The notes under the pieces were generated by a model. It was not told the origin of the DNA, did not search any database, and was given only the letters and a program-made list of their open reading frames with translations. Below are positions 9,871-19,078 of a stretch of DNA of 64,000 bases, in pieces. The stretch covers positions 636,122 through 700,121 of the forward strand of contig CAWGKG010000014.1 of assembly GCA_963823035.1 (NCBI GenBank). Direction: 5' to 3'. The number at the start of each line of letters is the position of its first letter. Within the stretch, counting starts at the first letter, position 1. The position numbers and the translations under genes are program-made. Origin of the DNA: an uncultured Gemmatimonadales bacterium. Its GTDB lineage: Bacteria; Gemmatimonadota; Gemmatimonadetes; Longimicrobiales; Gaopeijiaceae.

Positions 9871-11136
9871 TCACTCGCCCCCGGACTCGCCCAGCGCGGC
9901 GATGCGCTGCTCGAGCCGCTCGGAGAGCTTCATGTACAGCGCCTCGCTGATCTCCCCGTCGGCCAACCGCTCGGTGAGCTTGTCGAGCTGGCTCGTGAGG
10001 GAGGCGAGCGACGAACCGTTCCCCGCCCCGTCACGCTCGGCGGCTGCCGGTGGGGGCACGTCGAGGCTGGCCGCGGACGTGTGCGCCTCGATGCCGAGCG
10101 AGCCGACGAAGGGGTCGGAGGGGGCGGGGGTGCGGGCAGCGTCCTGGGCGGCCTCATGCGCCGCCTGATTGGCGCGGATCGCGGCCGTCGTGATCGATGC
10201 GATCAGCCCGGCCTTCGCGGTGTCGGCTCCCATGATACCACCCACCGACGGCGTCTCCGCGTACTTCTTCAGGGCGTCCATGGCCTCCACGCTCATGGGA
10301 TCGATCCCCGCGGCGCGCAGCTGCGCGAACACCTTGGCGCGCGCGTCGCCGGCCATGAGCATCGCCGCCGCCTCGCCCTGCGCCTCGAGCACCCGCTTCT
10401 GCAGCTCGACCTCGGCCTGAACCACTTCGCCCTTCCCGCGCGCGGTGGCCAGCGTCGCGCTCGCCACCGCGTCCTTGAACTCGGCCGGAAGGTTGAACTC
10501 GGCCACCTCGAAGGCACCCAGCGCCAGGCCGAGTCCCTCCAGGTTCTCGCCGAGGCCCTTCGCGATGGACTCGATGAAGGCGTCCCGCTCGGTCATGAGC
10601 GCCAGCGCCTCGGTCGCGCCCAGCATCGAGCGCAGGATGCCCTGCACGCCCGGCATCAACAGGCGCTGGAGCTCGCTGTCGGGGAGCGTCAGCTGGCCCT
10701 GCACCACCTGGGCGTTGAAGCGCGCACCGTCCGCGATCTTCACCGTGACCGTGCCGTTCGCGCCGACCTGGATACCGTCGCGCGACATGACGTTGCCGAC
10801 ACCCCAGCGGATCAGCCGCGGGCCGGTCTTCATCCAGATCACGTCGACGTTGCCGAGCACCCGCTGCTTCTCGGTGCGGTAGGTCCCGGGATCCATCGTG
10901 CCGAGGAGGCTGCCGTCCTTGATGACGACGGCGATCTCGCCCTCGCTCACGAGGATGCGCTGCTCCTTGGCGAACAGGCTGGCGCGCTCGGTCGGGTCGG
11001 TCGGTAGCCGGTAGATCAGCGATCCGGCCTGCGCGCCCGGGGGCCACCCGATCGGCTTGTAGCCCGCGCGCGTCGTGAGCCTGGAGGCGTCCTTCTCGAG
11101 CGAGATGCCGATGCTGCTGAGGGCTCCTAGCACCAT
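9871..11136 (-). CDS. SPFH/Band-7 domain protein (YdjI-like) with C-terminal SHOCT-like helix
   Basis: LVSEGEIAVVIKDG...MDPGTY, RWGVG, GANGTVTVKIADGARF; coiled-coil region; C-terminal LTERLADGEISEALY. Confidence 0.8.
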   Translation of the reverse strand: MVLGALSSIGISLEKDASRLTTRAGYKPIGWPPGAQAGSLIYRLPTDPTERASLFAKEQRILVSEGEIAVVIKDGSLLGTMDPGTYRTEKQRVLGNVDVIWMKTGPRLIRWGVGNVMSRDGIQVGANGTVTVKIADGARFNAQVVQGQLTLPDSELQRLLMPGVQGILRSMLGATEALALMTERDAFIESIAKGLGENLEGLGLALGAFEVAEFNLPAEFKDAVASATLATARGKGEVVQAEVELQKRVLEAQGEAAAMLMAGDARAKVFAQLRAAGIDPMSVEAMDALKKYAETPSVGGIMGADTAKAGLIASITTAAIRANQAAHEAAQDAARTPAPSDPFVGSLGIEAHTSAASLDVPPPAAAERDGAGNGSSLASLTSQLDKLTERLADGEISEALYMKLSERLEQRIAALGESGGE

Positions 11137-11173
11137 GCTTCGTCCAACCTGTCGAGGGGGGAGGGAGAGAGGG

Positions 11174-12709
11174 TCACTGGAAGCGCTCCTGCAGGCGGCG
11201 GCCCACGGACAGCCGGTCCAGCACTTCGTGCTCCAGCGAGAGTCGATCGTCGAGGCAGCTCAGCCGCTGTCGCTGGCTGCGTCCCTTCTTCCGGTATTCG
11301 ATGTGCGTGCCGGGCAGCAGGGCGAGGCGCGGCTCCGCGATCTCCGGGTTGTGCCGGCCTGCCTGCTGGAGGGCGGACGCCACGGCCTGCTTCGCCCCGC
11401 GTGCCGTCACGATCGGCATCGCCACGTTGAGCGGCCGTAGCAGCGCCACCGGCGAGCCCAGCCGCCGGCCCACGTCCTCCCACCGCCCGTCCAGCTCGAA
11501 TACCGAGCTCGACGTGACCCGGCAGGCGTCGACCATCCAGCGCTTGCCGCCGGCGTCCACGAGCCAGAAGGGGATGAAGAAGTCCTCGGTGTTCCCGACC
11601 TCCTCGGTGAGTCCCAGGAAGCCGAGCCCGATGGCGCTCAGCCACTTGCCGCCCCGCTCCCGCTCGCCGAGCGGCCGCGCCCAGTCGAACGCCTCGTGGG
11701 CGAGCACGGGCACCTCGCCGCGTACGGAGCGCTGGATCTCCGCCCAGCTCTCGATGAGGCCCGCGCCGTCCGCCTCGGCCCCCTGACCTTCGAGGATCGC
11801 GAGCGCGTCCTGCAGGAACGTCGGGAAGCCGAGGTCGACCCGACGCACGATCGCGTCGAAGCTGCGCAGCCAACGCGCGATCTGGTCGGCGTGATCCGCC
11901 TCCTTGCGTGCCGCCACGGCCGCGAGCGAGCTCTCGACGTCGACGACCGTGTCGTCCTCCAGCTGGTGGGCGACGTCCCTCAGCGTGTCGGCGATGCGTG
12001 CCGCCTCCGGGGCGAGCGCCGCACCCGAGGGCGCATCGGAGCCGAACGCCCGCTCCAGCAGCCCGGCGAGGTCGGCCAGCGCACGGTAACGTGCGGCGAC
12101 CACGGGCAGCGGATCGGTCTCCTCGAGGAGGACCTCGAGGCCGCTGCGCGCCGCGGCGAACCCGCGTGCCGTCCGCTCGCTGCCGGCATACACCACGTTG
12201 GAGAGTCCCTGGATCTCCTGCAGCTCCACATCCATGCGGCGGATCGCCGTCCGGTCCTCGTCGGTGACCACGAACGTGCCGACGTCGGGGCTCGCCAGCC
12301 GCGCCCGCAGATCCTTCAGCGTCTGGATCTCGGTCCGCTTCTGCAGAAGCGGGTTGCCGTCCCGCACCTCTTTCGTGCCCACGGGCGGGAGCAGGGGAAA
12401 GCGCTGGAATCCATGCGTCGACTCGATCGCGCGGTCGTGCGCCATCTGCAGCGAGGGAAGGAGGTTCTTCCTGAAGAGATAGGCGCGGCTGGACGCGTCG
12501 ATGCCGGTGCCGCCGCCGACCGCGTCCGTGCCGCCGACGCGCTGCTCGACCCACGAGCGGATCTCGTGGAAGAGCCGCTCCTCCTCGTCCCGTGCGTGCC
12601 TGAAGGTGAAGGGGGTGAGACAGAAGCGGCACTCGTACTGCTCGCTCTCCTGCAACTCCTGCGCGCCGCCGCAGGACGGACAGCGGATCTCCGCGGCCGC
12701 CCCGCTCAT
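11174..12709 (-). CDS. Zn-ribbon protein with long helical body and IPFW motif (YdjG-like)
   Basis: CPSCGG...CRFC at the N-terminus; FFIPFWLV in the C-terminal domain; ATG 12709 overlaps the upstream TGA (ATGA). Confidence 0.7.
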   Translation of the reverse strand: MSGAAAEIRCPSCGGAQELQESEQYECRFCLTPFTFRHARDEEERLFHEIRSWVEQRVGGTDAVGGGTGIDASSRAYLFRKNLLPSLQMAHDRAIESTHGFQRFPLLPPVGTKEVRDGNPLLQKRTEIQTLKDLRARLASPDVGTFVVTDEDRTAIRRMDVELQEIQGLSNVVYAGSERTARGFAAARSGLEVLLEETDPLPVVAARYRALADLAGLLERAFGSDAPSGAALAPEAARIADTLRDVAHQLEDDTVVDVESSLAAVAARKEADHADQIARWLRSFDAIVRRVDLGFPTFLQDALAILEGQGAEADGAGLIESWAEIQRSVRGEVPVLAHEAFDWARPLGERERGGKWLSAIGLGFLGLTEEVGNTEDFFIPFWLVDAGGKRWMVDACRVTSSSVFELDGRWEDVGRRLGSPVALLRPLNVAMPIVTARGAKQAVASALQQAGRHNPEIAEPRLALLPGTHIEYRKKGRSQRQRLSCLDDRLSLEHEVLDRLSVGRRLQERFQ

Positions 12710-13650
12710 CGCTCGGCCACCTTCGACAGGATGTCGACCATCGACCGCTCGACGAGCGACTTCGTCCACGCCTGCAACTCCTCGACCTTCGCGCGCACAT
12801 GGCTCTCGAGCCGGATGTCGATGAGCGAGCGACACACCCTGCAGAGCACCACTCGCCGCCGGTCGACGTCGATCGACGACGCATCCTGGCCGTTGCGGGC
12901 CGCCTCGGACTTCACGAAGGGGGTCACCGAAGCCGGCACGGTCAGGTAGTAGTCACCCTCCCCCGGGAACTCGCGTTGGCAGACCCAGCACGTCCGGCGC
13001 GTCTGGATCCGCTTGAGGCGCGACGCCGCGTCCTCCTGCCATTCCTCGTCCTCGCAGCCTGCGAACGACGCGATGGCCCGGCCGAACATCTTGCCGGCAC
13101 CCTCCGGATCGCGGTCCAGCAGCGCCTCGGCGGCGTGGTAGTACATCATGCCGGTGTGGAAGAGGTGGCGACCCCGACCGGTCTGCACGTGTCGGTCGCC
13201 CTGGTGGTGGTGGGGGTAGGTCACCAGGCGGTGGTCGGGGCAGCGCTCGAAGGCGTCGGCCGCCGCCTTGTGCACGTCGGCCAGCTCGGAGGGCGCGCTG
13301 CCCGTCGCCTCGGCCGCCGCGAGGCGGCCGTCGATCTCGGCGATGAGCTGATCGGCCGGCACCCGGTCGGAGCGGTCACCCGGACGCTCCACCCAGCCCG
13401 CGGGCTCGAGGTGGCCGCGCAGCGCCTTGAGACGCGACAGGTCGCCGCCGTCGATGAACTGGTGCAGCACGGCGCTCGCGCGGGCGCGGCTCGCCAGCTG
13501 GGACTTCCCCTCGTCCCCCGCCTTCTTCGCGGCCTGCTCGAACGCCTGGACCGCCTCCTGCCGCCGGCCCTGGTCCAGCTCCAGGAGCCCGTGTTCGTAG
13601 TACTCCTCAGCGGCGGCGGCGCCGAGCGCGCGCTTGAGACCTTTCAGCAC
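12706..13650 (-). CDS. TPR-like helical protein with C-terminal CxxC...CxxC Zn finger
   Basis: GTG start after GGAGG; YYEHGLLELDQGRRQEAVQAFEQAA TPR-like; CWVC and CRVC. Confidence 0.75.
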   Translation of the reverse strand: MLKGLKRALGAAAAEEYYEHGLLELDQGRRQEAVQAFEQAAKKAGDEGKSQLASRARASAVLHQFIDGGDLSRLKALRGHLEPAGWVERPGDRSDRVPADQLIAEIDGRLAAAEATGSAPSELADVHKAAADAFERCPDHRLVTYPHHHQGDRHVQTGRGRHLFHTGMMYYHAAEALLDRDPEGAGKMFGRAIASFAGCEDEEWQEDAASRLKRIQTRRTCWVCQREFPGEGDYYLTVPASVTPFVKSEAARNGQDASSIDVDRRRVVLCRVCRSLIDIRLESHVRAKVEELQAWTKSLVERSMVDILSKVAER

Positions 13651-13805
13651 AGGACCTCCAACCGGTCTGTGGAGAGCCGTGATCCGCTCTCCCCGTACGC
13701 ACCCGCCCGGCGTCGCCGGGACCTCGTTCCGCTATGCGAAGAAGCGACACCGATTGCGTCACTCCGATATCGACATCGACCGGCGCGACCGCGCGCCGAG
13801 GCAAA

Positions 13806-16154
13806 TCAGAAGACGAGCGTGTGCGTGTACTTCATCGTCAGGGTGCGCGCCTCCGACAGGGGCAGGCGGGGCAGACCCACGACGTCGCGCTGGACGTTCA
13901 GCCCTTCGTTCCAGACCAGCCACAGGTCCTGCCCCTCGCGGAAGTCGTAGCGGAGGCGGGCGTTCGTGCTGACCTGATCGGTGAGCGAGTTGTACTGGAC
14001 GAAGGTGTCGACGGACAGGTGCGTGTTCCACGCGGCCCGGGCCTGCAGGCGCAGCAGGTTCGCGTCGAACGCCTCGCCCCGCTCCGCGAAGCGGATGCGG
14101 TTCCAGGTCCAGCCGCCGATCAGCTCCAGATGCTGGTTCACGGCCCAGTTCAGCGAGGACTCCGTCCCGACGCGACGCCCGTCGTAGAGCTGTCCGACCG
14201 TGACCGTCAGGTTGGGCCGGACGGGCCACCCCCTCGGCGCGCGGAACTCCACGGCGCCCTCGGTGGCGCGGTAGCTGCCGACCGGGATCTCGGTCTGGTC
14301 CGAGAGGGTGAACGCCTCGGGAACGTCCTCGTACGTCGTCCGGGCGGTCAGCGTGAGGGACGTGCCCGGTTTGGTCTCGAAGGTGAGGAACGGCTCGAGC
14401 TGTCCCGTGTCCACGCGGTGGTCCGCGTTGCGCATCCACAGGTTGCTCTTCAGCCCCAGCCAGATCCTGCGGAAGGACGAGTCCTCGCCAGGATACCACT
14501 GGTAGTTCCAGTCGCTCTGCGCGCGCGTGAAGTCCTGGCGCAGCTCGAAGCCCAAGCCCGGCTCGTAGCCCGCGCCCGACCAGGTGAAGGCGTTCTGGTA
14601 GCTGAAGCCCTGCTGCCGGCGCCGGGTCCAGTCCAGCACGACACGGCCGGCGTCCAGGCCGTGCGGCACGCCGTCGCGGGCCTCGTCGCCGCCCTGGACC
14701 GTCTGCAGCCACTTCATGGTGAGGTACTCGTCGCCGACCAGGCGGAGCTGCGTGTCGACCCCGTAGGTCACGTTGTACGCGCCGCCGCCGCCGATCCGCG
14801 AGGTGGCCATCCCACCCACGAACGAGTTGGCGTTCAGGACCCGCCGGCGCAGGCGGAGCACCCCGAAGTTCTCCGAGGGCGTGGCGATCTCGTCGACCGT
14901 CTCCGGTGCCTTGGCGGTCTGCATCTCGATGAAGCCCAGGTCCCACCCGCCGGCCCGTCCCACCAGGCGCGCGCCGCCCAGGATGCGGATCGGCGCGCCC
15001 TCCTCCGAGAGCCCGATGCGCCGGGTGTAGAAGAGCGTGCCCCGCTCGGCACCCGTGTCGAAGCCGAAGATGCCGGCCCGCTCCTGGAAGAACGGGCGCT
15101 TCTCGTCGAAGAAGAGCGAGAAGCGCGTCAGGTTCACCTGTTGCTGGTCGGCCTCGACGGCCGCGAAGTCGGTGTTGACGGTCAGGTCGAGGGTGAGGTT
15201 CGGCGTCGGGTTGATCTTGACGTCGCCGCCGAGCTCGAAGGCGTTGTCGGACGCGGTCAGGTAGCGGTCACCCGCCGTGGCGAGCTCCGCCGAGCGGTCC
15301 CGGGCGGTGAGCACGTAGGGCGTGACGTAGACGGGGTTGCGCGGCGTCACGCCCTGCAAGCGGACGTCCTGGAAGGCGGACACCTGCGTGTACGGAGCGC
15401 TCGGCGGGATGGCGGGAAAGGTCCACCGGTCCCCCTTCGCGGGCTCGTAGGCGTACGCCATCATCCCCATCACGACGGATCCGTCGGGGGCCGCCTGGAA
15501 GCGCAGGCTGGAGAAGGGGATGCGCATCTCGCCGAACCACCCCTCGGCCGTGATCCGCGTCTTCAGGTCCCAGAACGTGTTCCAGGACATGCCGCGCGGA
15601 CCTCCGCCCTGGCCGCGTCCCCCGCCGTCCCCACCCTGCCCGTCGCCCGCGATGCTCATGTCCATGCGGGTGCCCAGGGGCAGCCCCACGAAGCGCACCG
15701 CGTTCTCGTCGTCGTTGAACGTGTCGAGGAGGATCCCGAAGCCGTCGTCTCCGCTCCACCGGTCGCGCGTCAGGGAGAAGGCGCGGATCTCGTCCGGGCT
15801 GGCGTGGAAGAACCGGGCGGCCACGTAGAGGGCATCGTCGTCGTAGCCCACACGGAGCTCGATGCGACGCTCGCTCGTGCCCCGGAACGAGGGCTCGTAC
15901 ATCGTGAGCGGGAGCGCCTCGACGCGCTGCCACGCCTCCTCGTCCGGAATCCCGTCCAGCGTGATCGGGCCGTCGAGCCGGGTGAGATCCCGCACGCCCC
16001 CCGCCACGGGCGCCCCTACCCCCACGGCGAGCGCACCGGCCGGCCCGGCGGAAACGGCGGCGTCCTGGGCACGCAACCCGGTCGCGAGCAGCGACGCTGC
16101 GATCAGCGCGCCGCCCGCCAGGAGGGTCGGGGAGGGTCTGTGGACGACGGACAT
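13806..16154 (-). CDS. CBM9-like/DUF5916 outer-membrane protein
   Basis: ITLDGIPDEEAW, GILLDTFND, EMRIPFSSLRF, LTVNTDFAAVEAD, FFDEKRPFFQE; C-terminal Phe of a beta-barrel. Confidence 0.85.
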   Translation of the reverse strand: MSVVHRPSPTLLAGGALIAASLLATGLRAQDAAVSAGPAGALAVGVGAPVAGGVRDLTRLDGPITLDGIPDEEAWQRVEALPLTMYEPSFRGTSERRIELRVGYDDDALYVAARFFHASPDEIRAFSLTRDRWSGDDGFGILLDTFNDDENAVRFVGLPLGTRMDMSIAGDGQGGDGGGRGQGGGPRGMSWNTFWDLKTRITAEGWFGEMRIPFSSLRFQAAPDGSVVMGMMAYAYEPAKGDRWTFPAIPPSAPYTQVSAFQDVRLQGVTPRNPVYVTPYVLTARDRSAELATAGDRYLTASDNAFELGGDVKINPTPNLTLDLTVNTDFAAVEADQQQVNLTRFSLFFDEKRPFFQERAGIFGFDTGAERGTLFYTRRIGLSEEGAPIRILGGARLVGRAGGWDLGFIEMQTAKAPETVDEIATPSENFGVLRLRRRVLNANSFVGGMATSRIGGGGAYNVTYGVDTQLRLVGDEYLTMKWLQTVQGGDEARDGVPHGLDAGRVVLDWTRRRQQGFSYQNAFTWSGAGYEPGLGFELRQDFTRAQSDWNYQWYPGEDSSFRRIWLGLKSNLWMRNADHRVDTGQLEPFLTFETKPGTSLTLTARTTYEDVPEAFTLSDQTEIPVGSYRATEGAVEFRAPRGWPVRPNLTVTVGQLYDGRRVGTESSLNWAVNQHLELIGGWTWNRIRFAERGEAFDANLLRLQARAAWNTHLSVDTFVQYNSLTDQVSTNARLRYDFREGQDLWLVWNEGLNVQRDVVGLPRLPLSEARTLTMKYTHTLVF

Positions 16155-16219
16155 GGCGCTCCAAGAGAAGGGGAACGCCCCCTCCGCGCCAGAGCATCAG
16201 GCGCCCCGGACGCCTGGGG

Positions 16220-17686
16220 TCAGGACCCGCCTTCGCCCTTCACGATCAACTGGGCCGTCCCCCGCGCGCCGACCCGCACCAGGAGCGCCGTGCGCGTCGC
16301 GCGCACGCCGAGGATGTTCACCGAGTCGACGGTCCCCCGCACCTGCAGATCGTCGGAGAGGTCGCGGTTCAACCCCTGGTCCAGCCATCCCGAGATGAAG
16401 CGCACCGCCGGGGCGGCGGGCCAGCTCGCCCGCTCGCGGAGAAGGTCGCGAAGCTCGTCCGCGCGCAACCACGCCGCGGTGGCCACGACCACGTTGCGCG
16501 TCGCCAGATCGAAGTCGAGGTCGGGCACCGAGATGCGCGCCGTGGCCCGGTCGATCACCGGCGTGCCCACGAGGTAGAGGCGCCCCTCGACGTCTCCGGA
16601 CACGTGCAGCTCCACCGCGAGCCGCCCGCCGCCGATCCCGAACACGCGCAGGGAGTCGAGGCGGACGCGTCGGCCTTCGTGCTCCATCTCGTTCCCGCCC
16701 AGCTCCTCCGTCAGGAAGTCGCTGGCCGCGCCGTACTCGGCCCGCGCCTCCACGAGCAGGTCGAGGCCTTCCGCCACCGATCCGGTGTCCAGGGGCGGCA
16801 GCTCGCGATGGGCCACCTCCGGACGGGGTCCGTACGAGATGGTCGGGCGGGCGCGCAGGGCGAGGTCCATGGCCACCGAGTCCCCCTCCCCATGCATCGG
16901 TCCGCGCCGCACCGCCTCGGGCTGCATGACGAGCCAGAGGGAATCGGTGAGATGGATCGGCTCCTGGAGCGTGCGCCACCACCCCACGAAGCTCGAGCGC
17001 AGGTCCGCCTCCGCGGCCAGCGTGTCGATGTCGGCCACGTGCGCCTCCAGGAACCGCCGCGCGGCGTCCACGATCCGGCCGGTGACGTCGAAGTCGAGGA
17101 AGGTGACGGTGCATCGGTCGCGGTCCGCGTCCGACGCCGGACCGATGTCCGCGACGCGGGCGCGCGTCCGCAGGCGCCAGCGGTCGTCGATCGCCACAGG
17201 CGCGCGCAGCGTCACGGCGAGGCGCGGCCCCGGGCCGTCGTCCGTACCGCAGGATCCGCTCACCTCGGGCAGCACCGGTGGGTCGTACCAGAGGCGCACG
17301 CCGTACTCGATCGTGGTCCGGACCGTCGCGGTGGTGCCGTCGAGGGTGGCGTCGAACGGGCCGCGCGCGAGATGGTAGGCCAGATGCGTCCGGTCGTTGC
17401 CCGGCAGGCTCTCCCGCTGGGAGAGGTCGCCGTACTCGGTCGGTACCGCGTCTTCGAGGAGGTCGATCAAGCGGTCGAGCGGAATCCGGATACCGGCCGC
17501 CACGCTGGACGCGGGGATCGGCGGCGGGGCCGCATCGTCGGCCATGAGCTCCGGAAGCCTCGGGTCGAGGAAGCCCTCGCGGGGGCGCCCCATGACCAAC
17601 CACGGCGACGCGAGGCCGATCGCACCCGCCAGCCAGCCCCACCAGGGGATGGAGAGCGCGCGCGCCCTCAGCTGTTCCAGGAGCAT
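16220..17686 (-). CDS. DUF4403-family protein
   Basis: RBS GGAGG before ATG 17686; N-terminal TM; WRTLQEPIHL...WLVMQP, GRLYLVGTP, DLDFDL pattern. Confidence 0.7.
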   Translation of the reverse strand: MLLEQLRARALSIPWWGWLAGAIGLASPWLVMGRPREGFLDPRLPELMADDAAPPPIPASSVAAGIRIPLDRLIDLLEDAVPTEYGDLSQRESLPGNDRTHLAYHLARGPFDATLDGTTATVRTTIEYGVRLWYDPPVLPEVSGSCGTDDGPGPRLAVTLRAPVAIDDRWRLRTRARVADIGPASDADRDRCTVTFLDFDVTGRIVDAARRFLEAHVADIDTLAAEADLRSSFVGWWRTLQEPIHLTDSLWLVMQPEAVRRGPMHGEGDSVAMDLALRARPTISYGPRPEVAHRELPPLDTGSVAEGLDLLVEARAEYGAASDFLTEELGGNEMEHEGRRVRLDSLRVFGIGGGRLAVELHVSGDVEGRLYLVGTPVIDRATARISVPDLDFDLATRNVVVATAAWLRADELRDLLRERASWPAAPAVRFISGWLDQGLNRDLSDDLQVRGTVDSVNILGVRATRTALLVRVGARGTAQLIVKGEGGS

Positions 17687-17873
17687 CGGAGTGCCTCCCA
17701 CGGTGACGGCCGCCGCACGATGCCACGCGCCGTTCTGCCTCCGACAGTCTCGGGCTCCGGAGCGCGATGAGCCAGTCCGGAGTCGATGTCCTTTAACGCG
17801 CGGCCCCGACGGCGCGTCGGTAGGCGCGACGAGGGACGGGGGATCCGTCCCCATCGCCATCGAGGAGGTCGTC

Positions 17874-18929
17874 ATGAAGCGCAGGGACGAGCGACCCGCA
17901 CGGTTCGGGGCGATCCTGCTGGGCATGGTGGCCGCGGGGTGCGCGGCGGCGGGAGCCGCGTCCGCGGCGTCGAGCGAGGCGGGTTCGGCGACGGTGTGCG
18001 ACGCCGTGTGGCGGGACGCGGCTCGGGGGCGCGACATCCCCGTCCGTATCCGCATCCCCGACGGTGACGGGAAGGTCCCGGTGATCCTCTTCTCGCACGG
18101 CCTGGGTGGGTCCGTCGACGCCGGCACGACCTGGGGTGAGGCGTGGTCGGAGAACGGCTTCGCCGTGGTGCACGTGCAGCACCCTGGCAGCGACGCGTCG
18201 ATCTGGCAGAACGAGAAGGGCGTGGCGGCCCGTCTGGCGGCGATGCGCGCCGCGATGACCGGCGAGCAGCTCCGGGCGCGGGCCGACGACGTTGGCTTCG
18301 TGCTCGACGAGCTGGGGCGGCGCGGGGCGGAGGGGCGCTGCGACCTCGGCCGCGTCGACCTCGACCGCGTCGGGATGTCGGGACACAGCTTCGGCGCGCA
18401 TACGACACAGGCCGTGGCGGGTCAGACCTTCCCCGGCGTCGGGCAGCGAGGGCTTCGGGATCCGAGGGTCCGCGCCGCGGTCGCGTTCAGTCCCGGCCCA
18501 CCGCGTGGGGGCGACGAGGCGGTGCGCGCCGCCTTCGCGTCGATCACGATGCCGTTCTTCTCGATCACGGGCACCGAGGACGAGTCGGCGATGGTCCCCG
18601 ACGTCACCGCCGGGGACCGCGAGCTCCCCTACCGCTCCATGCCGGCGGGAGACAAGTACCTCCTCGTCTTCGACGGCGCCACGCACGCCGACCTGAGCGG
18701 CGGCGGCGGGGTCGAGGATGCAGGGGCGCGGCGTTTCCCCAGGCGCGGCGCCGCCGGCGGACGCCGGGGAACGGACGACGCCGGCGAGCACATCGACGAG
18801 GTCGTGGCGGCCGCCACGGTCGCCTTCTGGAAGGCGACGCTTCTCGGCGACGGGGACGCTCGCCGGTTCCTCGACGAGGGTGGCGTCGAGCGCATGCTCT
18901 CCCGGGCGGATCGCTTCAAGCGGAAGTGA
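17874..18929 (+). CDS. Alpha/beta hydrolase (dienelactone hydrolase-like), exported
   Basis: RBS GAGGAGG; PVILFSHGLGG, GHSFG nucleophile, ITGTED, GATH. Confidence 0.85.
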   Translation: MKRRDERPARFGAILLGMVAAGCAAAGAASAASSEAGSATVCDAVWRDAARGRDIPVRIRIPDGDGKVPVILFSHGLGGSVDAGTTWGEAWSENGFAVVHVQHPGSDASIWQNEKGVAARLAAMRAAMTGEQLRARADDVGFVLDELGRRGAEGRCDLGRVDLDRVGMSGHSFGAHTTQAVAGQTFPGVGQRGLRDPRVRAAVAFSPGPPRGGDEAVRAAFASITMPFFSITGTEDESAMVPDVTAGDRELPYRSMPAGDKYLLVFDGATHADLSGGGGVEDAGARRFPRRGAAGGRRGTDDAGEHIDEVVAAATVAFWKATLLGDGDARRFLDEGGVERMLSRADRFKRK

Positions 18930-19078
18930 TCGTGGAAACGACGCCGGGCGCCCGTCCGTAGGGCCACTCAGCCCCCCGACCGCGCCACGTCGCGCGGGGG
19001 GCGCCACCACGAGGGACGGAGGCGCGCCCCCCCGACGCAATCGGCGGCGTTCCCGTCCCGTGGAGAAGGGAGGCGGGG

